This document shows positions 20,897 to 39,705 of a DNA stretch of 64,000 nucleotides, piece after piece. How positions within the stretch are numbered: the first letter of the stretch is position 1; each line of letters starts with the position of its first letter. The position numbers and the translations under genes are program-made. The DNA is from Escherichia coli (GTDB lineage Bacteria > Pseudomonadota > Gammaproteobacteria > Enterobacterales > Enterobacteriaceae), in the NCBI RefSeq assembly GCF_002854065.1, contig NZ_CP024147.1; one strand, written 5' to 3'. The notes under the pieces were generated by a model. That model searched no databases, was not told the DNA's origin, and saw only the letters and a program-made list of their open reading frames with translations.

Positions 20897-21787
20897 TTAC
20901 CACACAGCAGCCAGCAGCGTATGCGAGTCCGGTACCATAAAATCAACGGACATCATCACCGAGAGGGCAGTGATGGCGATGATAGAGAAGCCGAACAGCT
21001 TGCGCGCCCAGATTCTGTCATCAGCAACCTTATAACCGCGCAGGGCCATACCTAACCACCAGACGCTCACCGCCGCGGCGACCACCAGATATTTATATCC
21101 AGCGTAACCGCCAAGAGAGAGCATCAGCGTGGCAACGGCAAAGGCGATGATATACAGCGTGATGTGATTCTTCGCCACCGAAATGCCTTTTACCACTGGC
21201 AATACCGGAATGTTTGCCGCCTGGTAATCCTTAAAGCGGAAAATGGCGATGGCATAGGAGTGAGGCATCTGCCACAGGCTGAAGATAGCCAGCAGGATCG
21301 CTGCGCCGCTATCGAACTCGCCGGTTACTGCACAGTAGCCAATCACCGGCGGCGCAGCGCCGGAGAGCGAACCAATCAATGTGCCGTAGACTGAGTGGCG
21401 TTTCATGTACAGGCTATAAACGCCGACATAAACCACAAAGCCCATCACCCCCAGCCAGCAGGCCAGCGGATTCGCGCCAAACCACAGCAGCATAAAGCCA
21501 GCAATACCCAGCAAGGTGGCGTACACCAGCGAGACAGCAGGAGAGATCAGGCCTTTAACCAGCACCCGATTCTTCGTCCTTTCCATCTTTCTGTCGATAT
21601 CCCTGTCGATGTAGTTGTTAAACACACAACCCGACGCCACAACCAGTGACACCCCAACCAGCGTGTAGATAAACAGGGGATAATCAATGCTGCCCTTTGA
21701 GGCCAGCAGGAATCCCCCAATCACCGAGATCAGGTTGCCAAAGATGATGCCTGGTTTCGTTACTTGCAGGTATTGCTTAAACATCAT
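20897..21787 (-). CDS. cyoE: Protoheme IX farnesyltransferase (heme O synthase)
   Basis: ORF 20897..21832 trimmed to [18 protein letters not shown]... (296 aa). Confidence 0.93.
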
Positions 21788-21798
21788 AACCGCCGCTC

Positions 21799-24735
<2,937 letters not shown>

Positions 24736-24744
24736 TCAACCCCT

Positions 24745-25695
<951 letters not shown>

Positions 25696-26151
25696 ACGAC
25701 CTCAATTCCACGGGATCTGGTGGCGTTTAAAGTGTGTGGGCATTTTACGGGAAGGTTACATTACTGTAAACATGATTAAATTCCTGTTACTTGGATTTGG
25801 CTGTCAGGTCACATATGTTGCAAAACATATCAGGTTGATTTTAAGAAGCTGTTGCAAAAGGGCGTTATAACAAAAGGGGAGTGCAGAAGGAGTCTGGGCG
25901 GGCAATTGGTATAACCAATGCGAAATAAAACAATTATTTAACAAATAATTATCATTGGAGTGACAACTGGGTGGTGAGAAAATAAAGACTCATTAGCTGA
26001 ATCGTGTAAGAAAAATAGAATTTATAAATGGCGCCAATAATTTCCAAACGCTAAGCCGCACAAAAGAACAAATATTAATAAGCGATGCTGATGTTTATTT
26101 AGCCGTAATAATTACGGCGAGTGATTACTACAGCTAAATAATATTTACAGA

Positions 26152-27627
26152 TTACGTCAGATGCGTTTTTCGTAGCGCCAGATAATCCAGCAAACCACCA
26201 AGCACGACGCCAGAAAGGGCGACTAAAACCCCGACTTCCAGCAGAGCAGGCAGGAAAGAGAAGTGCGTCAAATCCAGCGCGTCCATCGTCAACAGCAGTA
26301 ACCACACGGCCAACAGGCTGACGCCCGCCGCCAGTGTCCACATGGCAAAGGCATAACCTGCCGGATATGCGGTACGGGAGATAAAGTTGTCATTTACTCG
26401 TGTATATTCAAGCGTCTGGCGGCAAACCAGCAGCAAAATAAGCCCTGGTACGGCAGCGGCGACGGAGAATAGATAGAATGTCGACCAGCCGTGTGCTTCA
26501 ACAAACCAACCCGCCACGGGGCCGACATAAACTCGCCCTACAGCAGAAAGCGCTGAGAGCAGGGCAAATTGAGTAGCGGAAAATGACTTATTACATAGCG
26601 TCATTAACAGCGCGACAAAGGCTGATGTGCCCATCCCGCCACAGAGGTTTTCGAAAAAGACGGCTGCGCTCATGCTGTAGAGATGCTTATCAGTAATCGA
26701 CAGCAGCCAGTAACCAGCGTTAGACGCACCTTGTAAAATGCCGAAAATCAGCAGTGCCCGGAACAGTGACAGGCGCTGCATCAAAATCCCACCGTACAAT
26801 GCGCCAACAATGGTCGCTAGTAAGCCAAGCGTTTTGTTTACCACGCCTACTTCACCCGCATCAAACCCGACGCCGCGAATCAAAAACGTGGTTGTCAGGC
26901 TCATGGCGAATGCGTCGCCCAGCTTATACAGCACGATAAGAAGCAAAATAAGCCAGGCATTATTGCGACCAAAGAAATCTCGCAGAGGTGCAACAACCGC
27001 TTGTTCCAGCGTTTTGGGCACAGGAATGGTGTCGGTTGGTTCTGGTGCAAGCAACGTCGCGATAATACAGGGGATCAACAGCGCCGCCATCAACCAGTAC
27101 ATGCCCTGCCAGCCCAGCCATTTATCTGCCAGCCACAGGGCTAGGCCGCCGGAAACCAGCATCCCTAAACGGTAACCCAGCACGCTGATTGCCGCGCCCG
27201 CACCACGTTCTTCTGCCGGGAGCACATCGGTTTTCCACGCATCGAAGACAATATCCTGGGAGGCAGAGCAAAAAGCGATCACCACCGCCAGCGCCGCCAT
27301 CCAGCGGAGTTGGGTGCCTGGTTCGAGAAAACCCATCGCCGCAATGGCGACTAATAACAGGATTTGCGTGGCGAGCAGCCAACCGCGCCGCCGCCCAAAA
27401 AATGGGGGCGTGTAGCGGTCCATCAGCGGTGACCAGAGGAATTTAAAAACGTAAGCCTGGCCTACCAGAGAGAAGAAACCAATGGTTTTGAGATCGATAT
27501 TCTCGACCGTCATCCAGGCCTGTAAGGTGCCGGATGTCAGGGCGAGCGGTAGCCCGGAAGCAAAACCCAGGATCAGCAATATGGCTGAACGCGGCTGTTG
27601 AAAAATACGTAAATATTGACTGGACAT
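26152..27627 (-). CDS. ampG: Muropeptide permease AmpG
   Basis: 491-aa MFS transporter starting MSSQYLRIFQQPRSAILLILGFASGLPLAL. Confidence 0.95.
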   Translation of the reverse strand: MSSQYLRIFQQPRSAILLILGFASGLPLALTSGTLQAWMTVENIDLKTIGFFSLVGQAYVFKFLWSPLMDRYTPPFFGRRRGWLLATQILLLVAIAAMGFLEPGTQLRWMAALAVVIAFCSASQDIVFDAWKTDVLPAEERGAGAAISVLGYRLGMLVSGGLALWLADKWLGWQGMYWLMAALLIPCIIATLLAPEPTDTIPVPKTLEQAVVAPLRDFFGRNNAWLILLLIVLYKLGDAFAMSLTTTFLIRGVGFDAGEVGVVNKTLGLLATIVGALYGGILMQRLSLFRALLIFGILQGASNAGYWLLSITDKHLYSMSAAVFFENLCGGMGTSAFVALLMTLCNKSFSATQFALLSALSAVGRVYVGPVAGWFVEAHGWSTFYLFSVAAAVPGLILLLVCRQTLEYTRVNDNFISRTAYPAGYAFAMWTLAAGVSLLAVWLLLLTMDALDLTHFSFLPALLEVGVLVALSGVVLGGLLDYLALRKTHLT

Positions 27628-27670
27628 GGGCGTCTACAGGCCCGGCTTGCACCGGGCCAGAGGGCAGAAA

Positions 27671-28249
27671 TTAACGCGCGTTCTGCTTGATGAATTCGTG
27701 AATGCTGGTGTCCTGAGACATATCAGCGATGGTATCGGTCAGCACACTGTTAACCGCATCGGCGATATTTTTGTTGGAGGCCTGGAACGCACCTTCAACG
27801 TTGTAGCTGGCACGATAGTTTTTGGTCATTTTGTTGCCATTCTGCGCGGTAGCGATGATGGCGATATCCGCTTTGGTAGCGATGTTGTAGCGCACGTTGC
27901 CCTGGGACACGTCAGCATACAGTTGGCTAACGATGATTTGCAGATTAACCGGGCCATTCGGACCAACCATGTAACCACGCGCGGTCATCTGTTTTTCCAG
28001 CACTTCTTGCAGCAGGAAACGCAGATCGCGGGAGGCGGTCAGGGTAACGATTTGATTATCGCGGGTGACTTTTGCCAGCGCCTGATCGGTACGCTGATCG
28101 GCACCATTAATGCTTACGGTGACGCCCATCAGGCTTGGATCCTGCTGTGGCAGTGTAATCGTCGGGGAAACTTCAATAGTTGTTGGCGGTTTTGCGCATC
28201 CTGCAAGCATAAACAGAGCAACTAACGGGAAGAGGATTTTTTTGAACAT
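27671..28249 (-). CDS. yajG: Lipoprotein YajG
   Basis: ORF 27671..28408 trimmed to MFKKILFPLVALFMLAGC lipobox start (192 aa). Confidence 0.88.
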   Translation of the reverse strand: MFKKILFPLVALFMLAGCAKPPTTIEVSPTITLPQQDPSLMGVTVSINGADQRTDQALAKVTRDNQIVTLTASRDLRFLLQEVLEKQMTARGYMVGPNGPVNLQIIVSQLYADVSQGNVRYNIATKADIAIIATAQNGNKMTKNYRASYNVEGAFQASNKNIADAVNSVLTDTIADMSQDTSIHEFIKQNAR

Positions 28250-28553
28250 GTTCGGGCTCTCAGAGACTCTTAAGCGTGTTTGGTAAAAATTCCCGCCATC
28301 ATAACATTGCCAACGGCGAGGGGAAGTAGGTAAGGCATGTAAATTCATCATGTTGACGAAATAATCGCCCCTGGTAAAAGAAACGCTGATGCGAGGCCTG
28401 TGTTTCAATCTTTAAATCAGTAAACTTCATACGCTTGACGGAAAAACCAGGACGAAACCTAAATATTTGTTGTTAAGCTGCAATGGAAACGGTAAAAGCG
28501 GCTAGTATTTAAAGGGATGGATGACATCTCAGCGTTGTCGGAGGAGATATTTC

Positions 28554-28871
28554 ATGATGATACGTGAGCGGATAGAAGAAAAATTAAGGGCGGCGTTCCA
28601 ACCCGTATTCCTCGAAGTAGTGGATGAAAGCTATCGTCACAATGTCCCAGCCGGCTCTGAAAGCCATTTTAAAGTTGTGCTGGTCAGCGATCGTTTTACG
28701 GGTGAACGTTTTCTGAATCGTCATCGAATGATTTACAGTACTTTAGCGGAGGAACTCTCTACTACCGTTCATGCGCTGGCTCTGCATACTTACACTATTA
28801 AGGAGTGGGAAGGGTTGCAGGACACCGTCTTTGCCTCTCCTCCCTGTCGTGGAGCAGGAAGCATCGCGTAA
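28554..28871 (+). CDS. bolA: Transcriptional regulator BolA
   Basis: ORF trimmed to ATG 28554 ([17 protein letters not shown]...), 105 aa, GGAGGA RBS. Confidence 0.9.
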
Positions 28872-29205
28872 AAACGCATTTGCAACTGTCGGCGCTTTTC
28901 CAGTATGTTGCTAAAGATTTTATGAAAAACGGCCTGCGGGCCGTTTTGTTTTGTCTGGATTTTGCGCTTTTTGCCCAGCATTCAGACGAAAATTGCCCGG
29001 GAATTGTGAAAAAATACGCGACAGCGCGCAATAACCGTTCTCGACTCATAAAAGTGATGCCGCTATAATGCTGCGTCCTATTTGAATGCTTTCGGGATGA
29101 TTCTGGTAACAGGGAATGTGATTGGTTATAAGAACATCCCGGTTCCGCGAAGCCAACAACCTGTGCTTGCGGGGTAAGAGTTGACCGAGCACTGTGATTT
29201 TTTGA

Positions 29206-30513
<1,308 letters not shown>

Positions 30514-30546
30514 TTTACGCAGCATAACGCGCTAAATTCGCACAAA

Positions 30547-30580
30547 GGCCCGTCACCGCCAGGTGGTGGGCTTTTTTTTG
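30547..30580 (+). terminator. Terminator after tig
   Basis: GC-rich imperfect stem (CCCGTCACC / GGTGGTGGG) followed by T8. Confidence 0.55.
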
Positions 30581-30758
30581 TCATGAATTTTGCATGGAAC
30601 CGTGCGAAAAGCCTCTTTCGGTGTTAGCGTAACAACAAAAGATTGTTATGCTTGAAATATGGTGATGCCGTACCCATAACACAGGGACTAGCTGATAATC
30701 CGTCCATAAGGTTACAATCGGTACAGCAGGTTTTTTCAATTTTATCCAGGAGACGGAA

Positions 30759-31382
30759 ATGTCATACAGCGGCGAACGAGATAACTTTGCACCCCATATG
30801 GCGCTGGTGCCGATGGTCATTGAACAGACCTCACGTGGTGAGCGCTCTTTTGATATCTATTCTCGTCTACTTAAGGAACGCGTCATTTTTCTGACTGGCC
30901 AGGTTGAAGACCACATGGCTAACCTGATTGTGGCGCAGATGCTGTTCCTGGAAGCAGAAAACCCAGAAAAAGATATCTATCTGTACATTAACTCCCCAGG
31001 CGGGGTGATCACTGCCGGGATGTCTATCTATGACACCATGCAGTTTATCAAGCCTGATGTCAGCACCATCTGTATGGGCCAGGCGGCCTCGATGGGCGCT
31101 TTCTTGCTGACCGCAGGGGCAAAAGGTAAACGTTTTTGCCTGCCGAATTCGCGCGTGATGATTCACCAACCGTTGGGCGGCTACCAGGGCCAGGCGACCG
31201 ATATCGAAATTCATGCCCGTGAAATTCTGAAAGTTAAAGGGCGTATGAATGAACTTATGGCGCTTCATACGGGTCAATCATTAGAACAGATTGAACGTGA
31301 TACCGAGCGCGATCGCTTCCTTTCCGCCCCTGAAGCGGTGGAATACGGTCTGGTCGATTCGATTCTGACCCATCGTAATTGA
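30759..31382 (+). CDS. clpP: ATP-dependent Clp protease proteolytic subunit
   Basis: 207 aa with catalytic Ser motif GQAASMGA. Confidence 0.97.
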   Translation: MSYSGERDNFAPHMALVPMVIEQTSRGERSFDIYSRLLKERVIFLTGQVEDHMANLIVAQMLFLEAENPEKDIYLYINSPGGVITAGMSIYDTMQFIKPDVSTICMGQAASMGAFLLTAGAKGKRFCLPNSRVMIHQPLGGYQGQATDIEIHAREILKVKGRMNELMALHTGQSLEQIERDTERDRFLSAPEAVEYGLVDSILTHRN

Positions 31383-31507
31383 TGCCAGAGGCGCAACTGT
31401 GCCGCTATACTTATCCAGGGCGGCACAACGCTGTAAGCGGCTTGCGCCTGAGAATGGCATTTGCGTCGTCGTGTGCGGCACAAAGAACAAAGAAGAGGTT
31501 TTGACCC

Positions 31508-32782
31508 ATGACAGATAAACGCAAAGATGGCTCAGGCAAATTGCTGTATTGCTCTTTTTGCGGCAAAAGCCAGCATGAAGTGCGCAAGCTGATTGCCGGT
31601 CCATCCGTGTATATCTGCGACGAATGTGTTGATTTATGTAACGACATCATTCGCGAAGAGATTAAAGAAGTTGCACCGCATCGTGAACGCAGTGCGCTAC
31701 CGACGCCGCATGAAATTCGTAACCACTTGGACGATTACGTTATCGGCCAGGAACAGGCGAAAAAAGTGCTGGCGGTCGCGGTATACAACCATTACAAACG
31801 TCTGCGCAACGGCGATACCAGCAATGGTGTCGAGTTGGGCAAAAGTAACATTCTACTGATCGGTCCGACCGGTTCCGGTAAAACGCTGTTGGCTGAAACG
31901 CTGGCGCGCCTGCTGGACGTCCCGTTCACCATGGCCGACGCAACCACGCTGACCGAAGCCGGTTATGTGGGCGAAGACGTTGAAAACATCATTCAGAAGC
32001 TGTTGCAAAAGTGCGATTACGACGTACAGAAAGCGCAGCGCGGGATTGTCTACATCGATGAAATCGACAAGATTTCTCGTAAGTCAGACAACCCGTCTAT
32101 TACCCGTGACGTTTCCGGTGAAGGCGTACAGCAGGCACTGTTGAAACTGATCGAAGGTACGGTAGCTGCTGTTCCACCGCAAGGTGGGCGTAAACATCCG
32201 CAGCAGGAATTCTTGCAGGTTGATACCTCTAAGATCCTGTTTATTTGTGGCGGTGCGTTTGCCGGTCTGGATAAAGTGATTTCCCATCGTGTAGAAACCG
32301 GCTCCGGCATTGGTTTTGGCGCGACGGTAAAAGCGAAGTCCGACAAAGCAAGCGAAGGCGAGCTGCTGGCGCAGGTTGAACCGGAAGATCTGATCAAGTT
32401 TGGTCTTATCCCTGAGTTTATTGGTCGTCTGCCGGTTGTCGCAACGTTGAATGAACTGAGCGAAGAAGCTCTGATTCAGATCCTCAAAGAGCCGAAAAAC
32501 GCCCTGACCAAGCAGTATCAGGCGCTGTTTAATCTGGAAGGCGTGGATCTGGAATTCCGTGACGAGGCGCTGGATGCTATCGCTAAGAAAGCGATGGCGC
32601 GTAAAACCGGTGCCCGTGGCCTGCGTTCCATCGTAGAAGCCGCACTGCTCGATACCATGTACGATCTGCCGTCCATGGAAGATGTCGAAAAAGTGGTTAT
32701 CGACGAGTCGGTAATTGATGGTCAAAGCAAACCGTTGCTGATTTATGGCAAGCCGGAAGCGCAACAGGCATCTGGTGAATAA
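31508..32782 (+). CDS. clpX: ATP-dependent Clp protease ATP-binding subunit ClpX
   Basis: 424 aa, N-terminal zinc-binding CSFCGK...CDEC, Walker A GPTGSGKT. Confidence 0.97.
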
Positions 32783-32811
32783 TTAACCATTCCCATACAA
32801 TTAGTTAACCA

Positions 32812-32847
32812 AAAAGGGGGGATTTTATCTCCCCTTTAATTTTTCCT
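32812..32847 (+). terminator. Terminator after clpX
   Basis: AGGGGGGA-ttttatc-TCCCCT stem followed by T-rich run. Confidence 0.55.
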
Positions 32848-32969
32848 CTATTCTCGGCGTTGAATGTGGGGGAAACATCCCCATATACTGACGTACATGT
32901 TAATAGATGGCGTGAAGCACAGTCGTGTCATCTGATTACCTGGCGGAAATTAAACTAAGAGAGAGCTCT

Positions 32970-35324
32970 ATGAATCCTGAGCGTTCTGAACGCATTGAAA
33001 TCCCCGTATTGCCGCTGCGCGATGTGGTGGTTTATCCGCACATGGTCATCCCCTTATTTGTCGGGCGGGAAAAATCTATCCGTTGTCTGGAAGCGGCGAT
33101 GGACCATGATAAAAAAATTATGCTGGTCGCGCAGAAAGAAGCTTCAACGGATGAGCCGGGTGTAAACGATCTTTTCACCGTCGGGACCGTGGCCTCTATA
33201 TTGCAGATGCTGAAACTGCCTGACGGCACCGTCAAAGTGCTGGTCGAGGGGTTACAGCGCGCGCGTATTTCTGCGCTCTCTGACAATGGCGAACACTTTT
33301 CTGCGAAGGCGGAGTATCTGGAGTCGCCGACCATTGATGAGCGAGAACAGGAAGTGCTGGTGCGTACTGCAATCAGCCAGTTCGAAGGCTACATCAAGCT
33401 GAACAAAAAAATCCCACCAGAAGTGCTGACGTCGCTGAATAGCATCGACGATCCGGCGCGTCTGGCGGATACCATTGCTGCACATATGCCGCTGAAACTG
33501 GCTGACAAACAGTCCGTTCTGGAGATGTCCGACGTTAACGAACGTCTGGAATATCTGATGGCAATGATGGAATCGGAAATCGATCTGCTGCAGGTTGAGA
33601 AACGCATTCGCAACCGCGTTAAAAAGCAGATGGAGAAATCCCAGCGTGAGTACTATCTGAACGAGCAAATGAAAGCTATTCAGAAAGAACTCGGTGAAAT
33701 GGACGACGCGCCGGACGAAAACGAAGCCCTGAAGCGCAAAATCGACGCGGCGAAAATGCCGAAAGAGGCAAAAGAGAAAGCGGAAGCAGAGCTGCAGAAG
33801 CTGAAAATGATGTCTCCGATGTCGGCAGAAGCGACCGTAGTGCGTGGTTATATCGACTGGATGGTACAGGTACCGTGGAATGCGCGCAGCAAGGTCAAAA
33901 AAGACCTGCGTCAGGCGCAGGAAATCCTTGATACCGACCATTATGGTCTGGAGCGCGTGAAAGATCGAATCCTTGAGTATCTTGCGGTTCAAAGCCGTGT
34001 CAACAAAATCAAGGGACCGATCCTCTGCCTGGTAGGGCCGCCGGGGGTAGGTAAAACGTCCCTGGGTCAGTCCATCGCCAAAGCCACTGGGCGTAAATAT
34101 GTCCGTATGGCGCTGGGCGGCGTGCGTGATGAAGCGGAAATCCGTGGTCACCGCCGTACTTACATCGGTTCTATGCCGGGTAAACTGATCCAGAAAATGG
34201 CGAAAGTGGGCGTGAAAAACCCGCTGTTTCTGCTCGATGAGATCGACAAAATGTCTTCTGACATGCGAGGCGATCCGGCCTCTGCACTGCTTGAAGTGCT
34301 GGATCCAGAGCAGAACGTAGCGTTCAGCGACCACTACCTGGAAGTGGATTACGATCTCAGCGACGTGATGTTTGTCGCGACGTCGAACTCCATGAACATT
34401 CCGGCACCGCTGCTGGATCGTATGGAAGTGATTCGCCTCTCCGGTTATACCGAAGATGAAAAACTGAACATCGCCAAACGTCACCTGCTGCCGAAGCAGA
34501 TTGAACGTAATGCACTGAAAAAAGGTGAGCTGACCGTCGACGATAGCGCCATTATCGGCATTATTCGTTACTACACCCGTGAGGCGGGCGTGCGTGGTCT
34601 GGAGCGTGAAATCTCCAAGCTGTGCCGTAAAGCGGTTAAGCAGTTACTGCTCGATAAGTCATTAAAACATATCGAAATTAACGGCGACAACCTGCATGAC
34701 TACCTTGGTGTTCAGCGTTTCGACTATGGTCGCGCTGATAACGAAAACCGTGTCGGTCAGGTAACCGGTCTGGCGTGGACTGAAGTGGGCGGTGACTTGC
34801 TGACCATTGAAACCGCATGTGTTCCGGGGAAAGGCAAACTGACCTATACCGGTTCGCTCGGCGAAGTGATGCAGGAGTCCATTCAGGCGGCGTTAACGGT
34901 GGTTCGTGCGCGTGCGGAAAAACTGGGGATCAACCCTGATTTTTACGAAAAACGCGACATCCACGTCCACGTACCGGAAGGTGCGACGCCGAAAGATGGT
35001 CCGAGTGCTGGTATTGCTATGTGCACCGCGCTGGTTTCTTGCCTGACCGGTAACCCGGTTCGTGCCGATGTGGCAATGACCGGTGAGATCACTCTGCGTG
35101 GGCAGGTACTGCCGATCGGTGGTTTGAAAGAAAAACTACTGGCAGCGCATCGCGGCGGGATTAAAACAGTGTTAATTCCGTTCGAAAATAAACGCGATCT
35201 GGAAGAGATTCCTGACAACGTAATTGCCGATCTGGACATTCATCCTGTGAAGCGCATTGAGGAAGTTCTGACTCTGGCGCTGCAAAATGAACCGTCTGGC
35301 ATGCAGGTTGTGACTGCAAAATAG
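32970..35324 (+). CDS. lon: Lon protease
   Basis: ORF 32925..35324 trimmed to ATG 32970 ([25 protein letters not shown]...), 784 aa; Walker [10 protein letters not shown]; catalytic Ser in DGPSAG. Confidence 0.97.
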   Translation: MNPERSERIEIPVLPLRDVVVYPHMVIPLFVGREKSIRCLEAAMDHDKKIMLVAQKEASTDEPGVNDLFTVGTVASILQMLKLPDGTVKVLVEGLQRARISALSDNGEHFSAKAEYLESPTIDEREQEVLVRTAISQFEGYIKLNKKIPPEVLTSLNSIDDPARLADTIAAHMPLKLADKQSVLEMSDVNERLEYLMAMMESEIDLLQVEKRIRNRVKKQMEKSQREYYLNEQMKAIQKELGEMDDAPDENEALKRKIDAAKMPKEAKEKAEAELQKLKMMSPMSAEATVVRGYIDWMVQVPWNARSKVKKDLRQAQEILDTDHYGLERVKDRILEYLAVQSRVNKIKGPILCLVGPPGVGKTSLGQSIAKATGRKYVRMALGGVRDEAEIRGHRRTYIGSMPGKLIQKMAKVGVKNPLFLLDEIDKMSSDMRGDPASALLEVLDPEQNVAFSDHYLEVDYDLSDVMFVATSNSMNIPAPLLDRMEVIRLSGYTEDEKLNIAKRHLLPKQIERNALKKGELTVDDSAIIGIIRYYTREAGVRGLEREISKLCRKAVKQLLLDKSLKHIEINGDNLHDYLGVQRFDYGRADNENRVGQVTGLAWTEVGGDLLTIETACVPGKGKLTYTGSLGEVMQESIQAALTVVRARAEKLGINPDFYEKRDIHVHVPEGATPKDGPSAGIAMCTALVSCLTGNPVRADVAMTGEITLRGQVLPIGGLKEKLLAAHRGGIKTVLIPFENKRDLEEIPDNVIADLDIHPVKRIEEVLTLALQNEPSGMQVVTAK

Positions 35325-35356
35325 TGACCTCGCGCAAAATGCACTAATAAAAACAG

Positions 35357-35393
35357 GGCTGGCAGGCTAATTCGGGCTTGCCAGCCTTTTTTT
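35357..35393 (+). terminator. Terminator after lon
   Basis: GGCTGGCAGGC-taattcggg-CTTGCCAGCC followed by T7. Confidence 0.7.
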
Positions 35394-35532
35394 GTCTCGC
35401 TAAGTTAGATGGCGGATCGGGCTTGCCCTTATTAAGGGGTGTTGTAAGGGGATGGCTGGCCTGATATAACTGCTGCGCGTTCGTACCTTGAAGGATTCAA
35501 GTGCGATATAAATTATAAAGAGGAAGAGAAGA

Positions 35533-35805
35533 GTGAATAAATCTCAATTGATCGACAAGATTGCTGCAGGGGCTGATATCTCTAAAGCTGCGGCTGGCCG
35601 TGCGTTAGATGCTATTATTGCTTCCGTAACTGAATCTCTGAAAGAAGGGGATGATGTAGCACTGGTAGGTTTTGGTACTTTTGCCGTTAAAGAGCGTGCT
35701 GCCCGTACTGGCCGCAACCCGCAGACCGGTAAAGAGATCACCATCGCTGCCGCTAAAGTACCGAGCTTCCGTGCAGGTAAAGCACTGAAAGACGCGGTAA
35801 ACTAA
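35533..35805 (+). CDS. hupB: DNA-binding protein HU-beta
   Basis: 90-aa [32 protein letters not shown]... Confidence 0.97.
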
Positions 35806-35996
35806 GCGTTGTCCCCAGTGGGGATGTGACGAAGTTCAAGGGCGCATCTACTGATGTGCCTTTTTTATTTGTATTCGGTGACTTTCTGTGTCTTGTGGGC
35901 TGACAATTGCCCCCGTTTCTTGTCACAATAGGCCTTTGCGCGCATCGATACGTTGCGTGAGGTACACAGTCATCTACAGCGGAGTGTTGTTACACC

Positions 35997-38442
<2,446 letters not shown>

Positions 38443-38495
38443 TGACCTCTGTACTTATAACAGTTTTTATAAAAACAACGTAAGGTTATTGCGCT

Positions 38496-38894
38496 ATGCA
38501 AACACAAATCAAAGTTCGTGGATATCATCTCGACGTTTACCAGCACGTAAACAACGCCCGCTACCTTGAATTTCTCGAAGAAGCCCGCTGGGATGGGTTG
38601 GAAAATAGCGACAGTTTTCACTGGATGACGGCCCATAACATCGCTTTCGTGGTGGTGAATATCAATATTAACTATCGTCGCCCGGCGGTATTAAGCGACT
38701 TGTTAACCATTACGAGCCAGTTACAGCAATTAAACGGTAAAAGCGGCATCTTAAGCCAGGTCATTACACTGGAGCCGGAAGGGCAGGTAGTAGCGGATGC
38801 GCTTATTACGTTTGTTTGTATTGATCTTAAAACGCAGAAAGCATTAGCTCTGGAAGGGGAATTGCGCGAAAAGCTGGAGCAGATGGTTAAGTAA
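38496..38894 (+). CDS. fadM: Long-chain acyl-CoA thioesterase III
   Basis: 132-aa hotdog-fold ORF MQTQIKVRGYHLDVYQHVNNARYLEF... Confidence 0.9.
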   Translation: MQTQIKVRGYHLDVYQHVNNARYLEFLEEARWDGLENSDSFHWMTAHNIAFVVVNININYRRPAVLSDLLTITSQLQQLNGKSGILSQVITLEPEGQVVADALITFVCIDLKTQKALALEGELREKLEQMVK

Positions 38895-38902
38895 ACGTTT
38901 TG

Positions 38903-38933
38903 TGTTGCCGGATGCTCAAGCCGCATCCGGCAA
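38903..38933. repeat. REP-like hairpin between convergent fadM and queC
   Basis: GTTGCCGGATGC-tcaagcc-GCATCCGGCAAC inverted repeat. Confidence 0.5.
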
Positions 38934-38945
38934 CACTTGGAATAA

Positions 38946-39641
38946 TTACTTCAACCCGGTTTTCTGCTTCATCGCTGCCATCACCGTCGGTTTATCGGCC
39001 AGATAATGATTCAAACCGTTGGCGCGTAAATTACATGCCGCACAATGACCGCAACCGTCGCCTTTAATGCCGTTATAGCAGGTCAACGTTTCGTTACGGA
39101 CTAAATCCAGTTTGCCGTAATAATCTGCCAGCGCCCAGGTTTCCGCTTTATCAATCCACATCAGCGGCGTTTCAAAACGAATATCTTTCGCCATGCCCAA
39201 ACTGACGGCATGGTTTAGTGCTTTCACAAACTCATCGCGGCAATCCGGGTAGCCAGAGAAATCCGTTTCGCAGACGCCGGTAATTACGGCTTCTGCTTTT
39301 ACCTGATACGCATATATTGCCGCCAACGTCAGGAACAAAATATTACGCCCTGGGACAAACGTATTCGGGATGCCATCAGCTTCAGGTTCATAATCAGGCA
39401 CCGGAATGCTGTCACGCGTCAGGCTGCTGACCGCCAGCTCGTTGAGCAGCGTTACATCAAGAACCTTATGCGCGCGTGCCCCCAGTTTCAGCGCCAGTTC
39501 GCGTGCCACGTCGATTTCTGCGCGATGGCGCTGACCGTAATCGAACGTCACGCAATGGACTTCATCATATTGTTGTAATGCCTGCACCAGACAGGTGGTG
39601 GAATCCTGGCCTCCACTGAACACAACGACAGCACGTTTCAT
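38946..39641 (-). CDS. queC: 7-cyano-7-deazaguanine synthase
   Basis: 231 aa, PP-loop SGGQDS near N-terminus, C-terminal Cys cluster. Confidence 0.95.
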   Translation of the reverse strand: MKRAVVVFSGGQDSTTCLVQALQQYDEVHCVTFDYGQRHRAEIDVARELALKLGARAHKVLDVTLLNELAVSSLTRDSIPVPDYEPEADGIPNTFVPGRNILFLTLAAIYAYQVKAEAVITGVCETDFSGYPDCRDEFVKALNHAVSLGMAKDIRFETPLMWIDKAETWALADYYGKLDLVRNETLTCYNGIKGDGCGHCAACNLRANGLNHYLADKPTVMAAMKQKTGLK

Positions 39642-39705
39642 AGATAATCCTGCTTGAACAATAAAAGCGTTATGGTAACGCCTGCGATTAACCCGGACCA
39701 GCTAT

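Noticed and set aside
33252-34484. 410-aa ORF on the minus strand inside lon
   Set aside because: Antisense to a well-supported 784-aa Lon reading frame; His/Arg/Phe-rich low-complexity translation typical of a shadow ORF.
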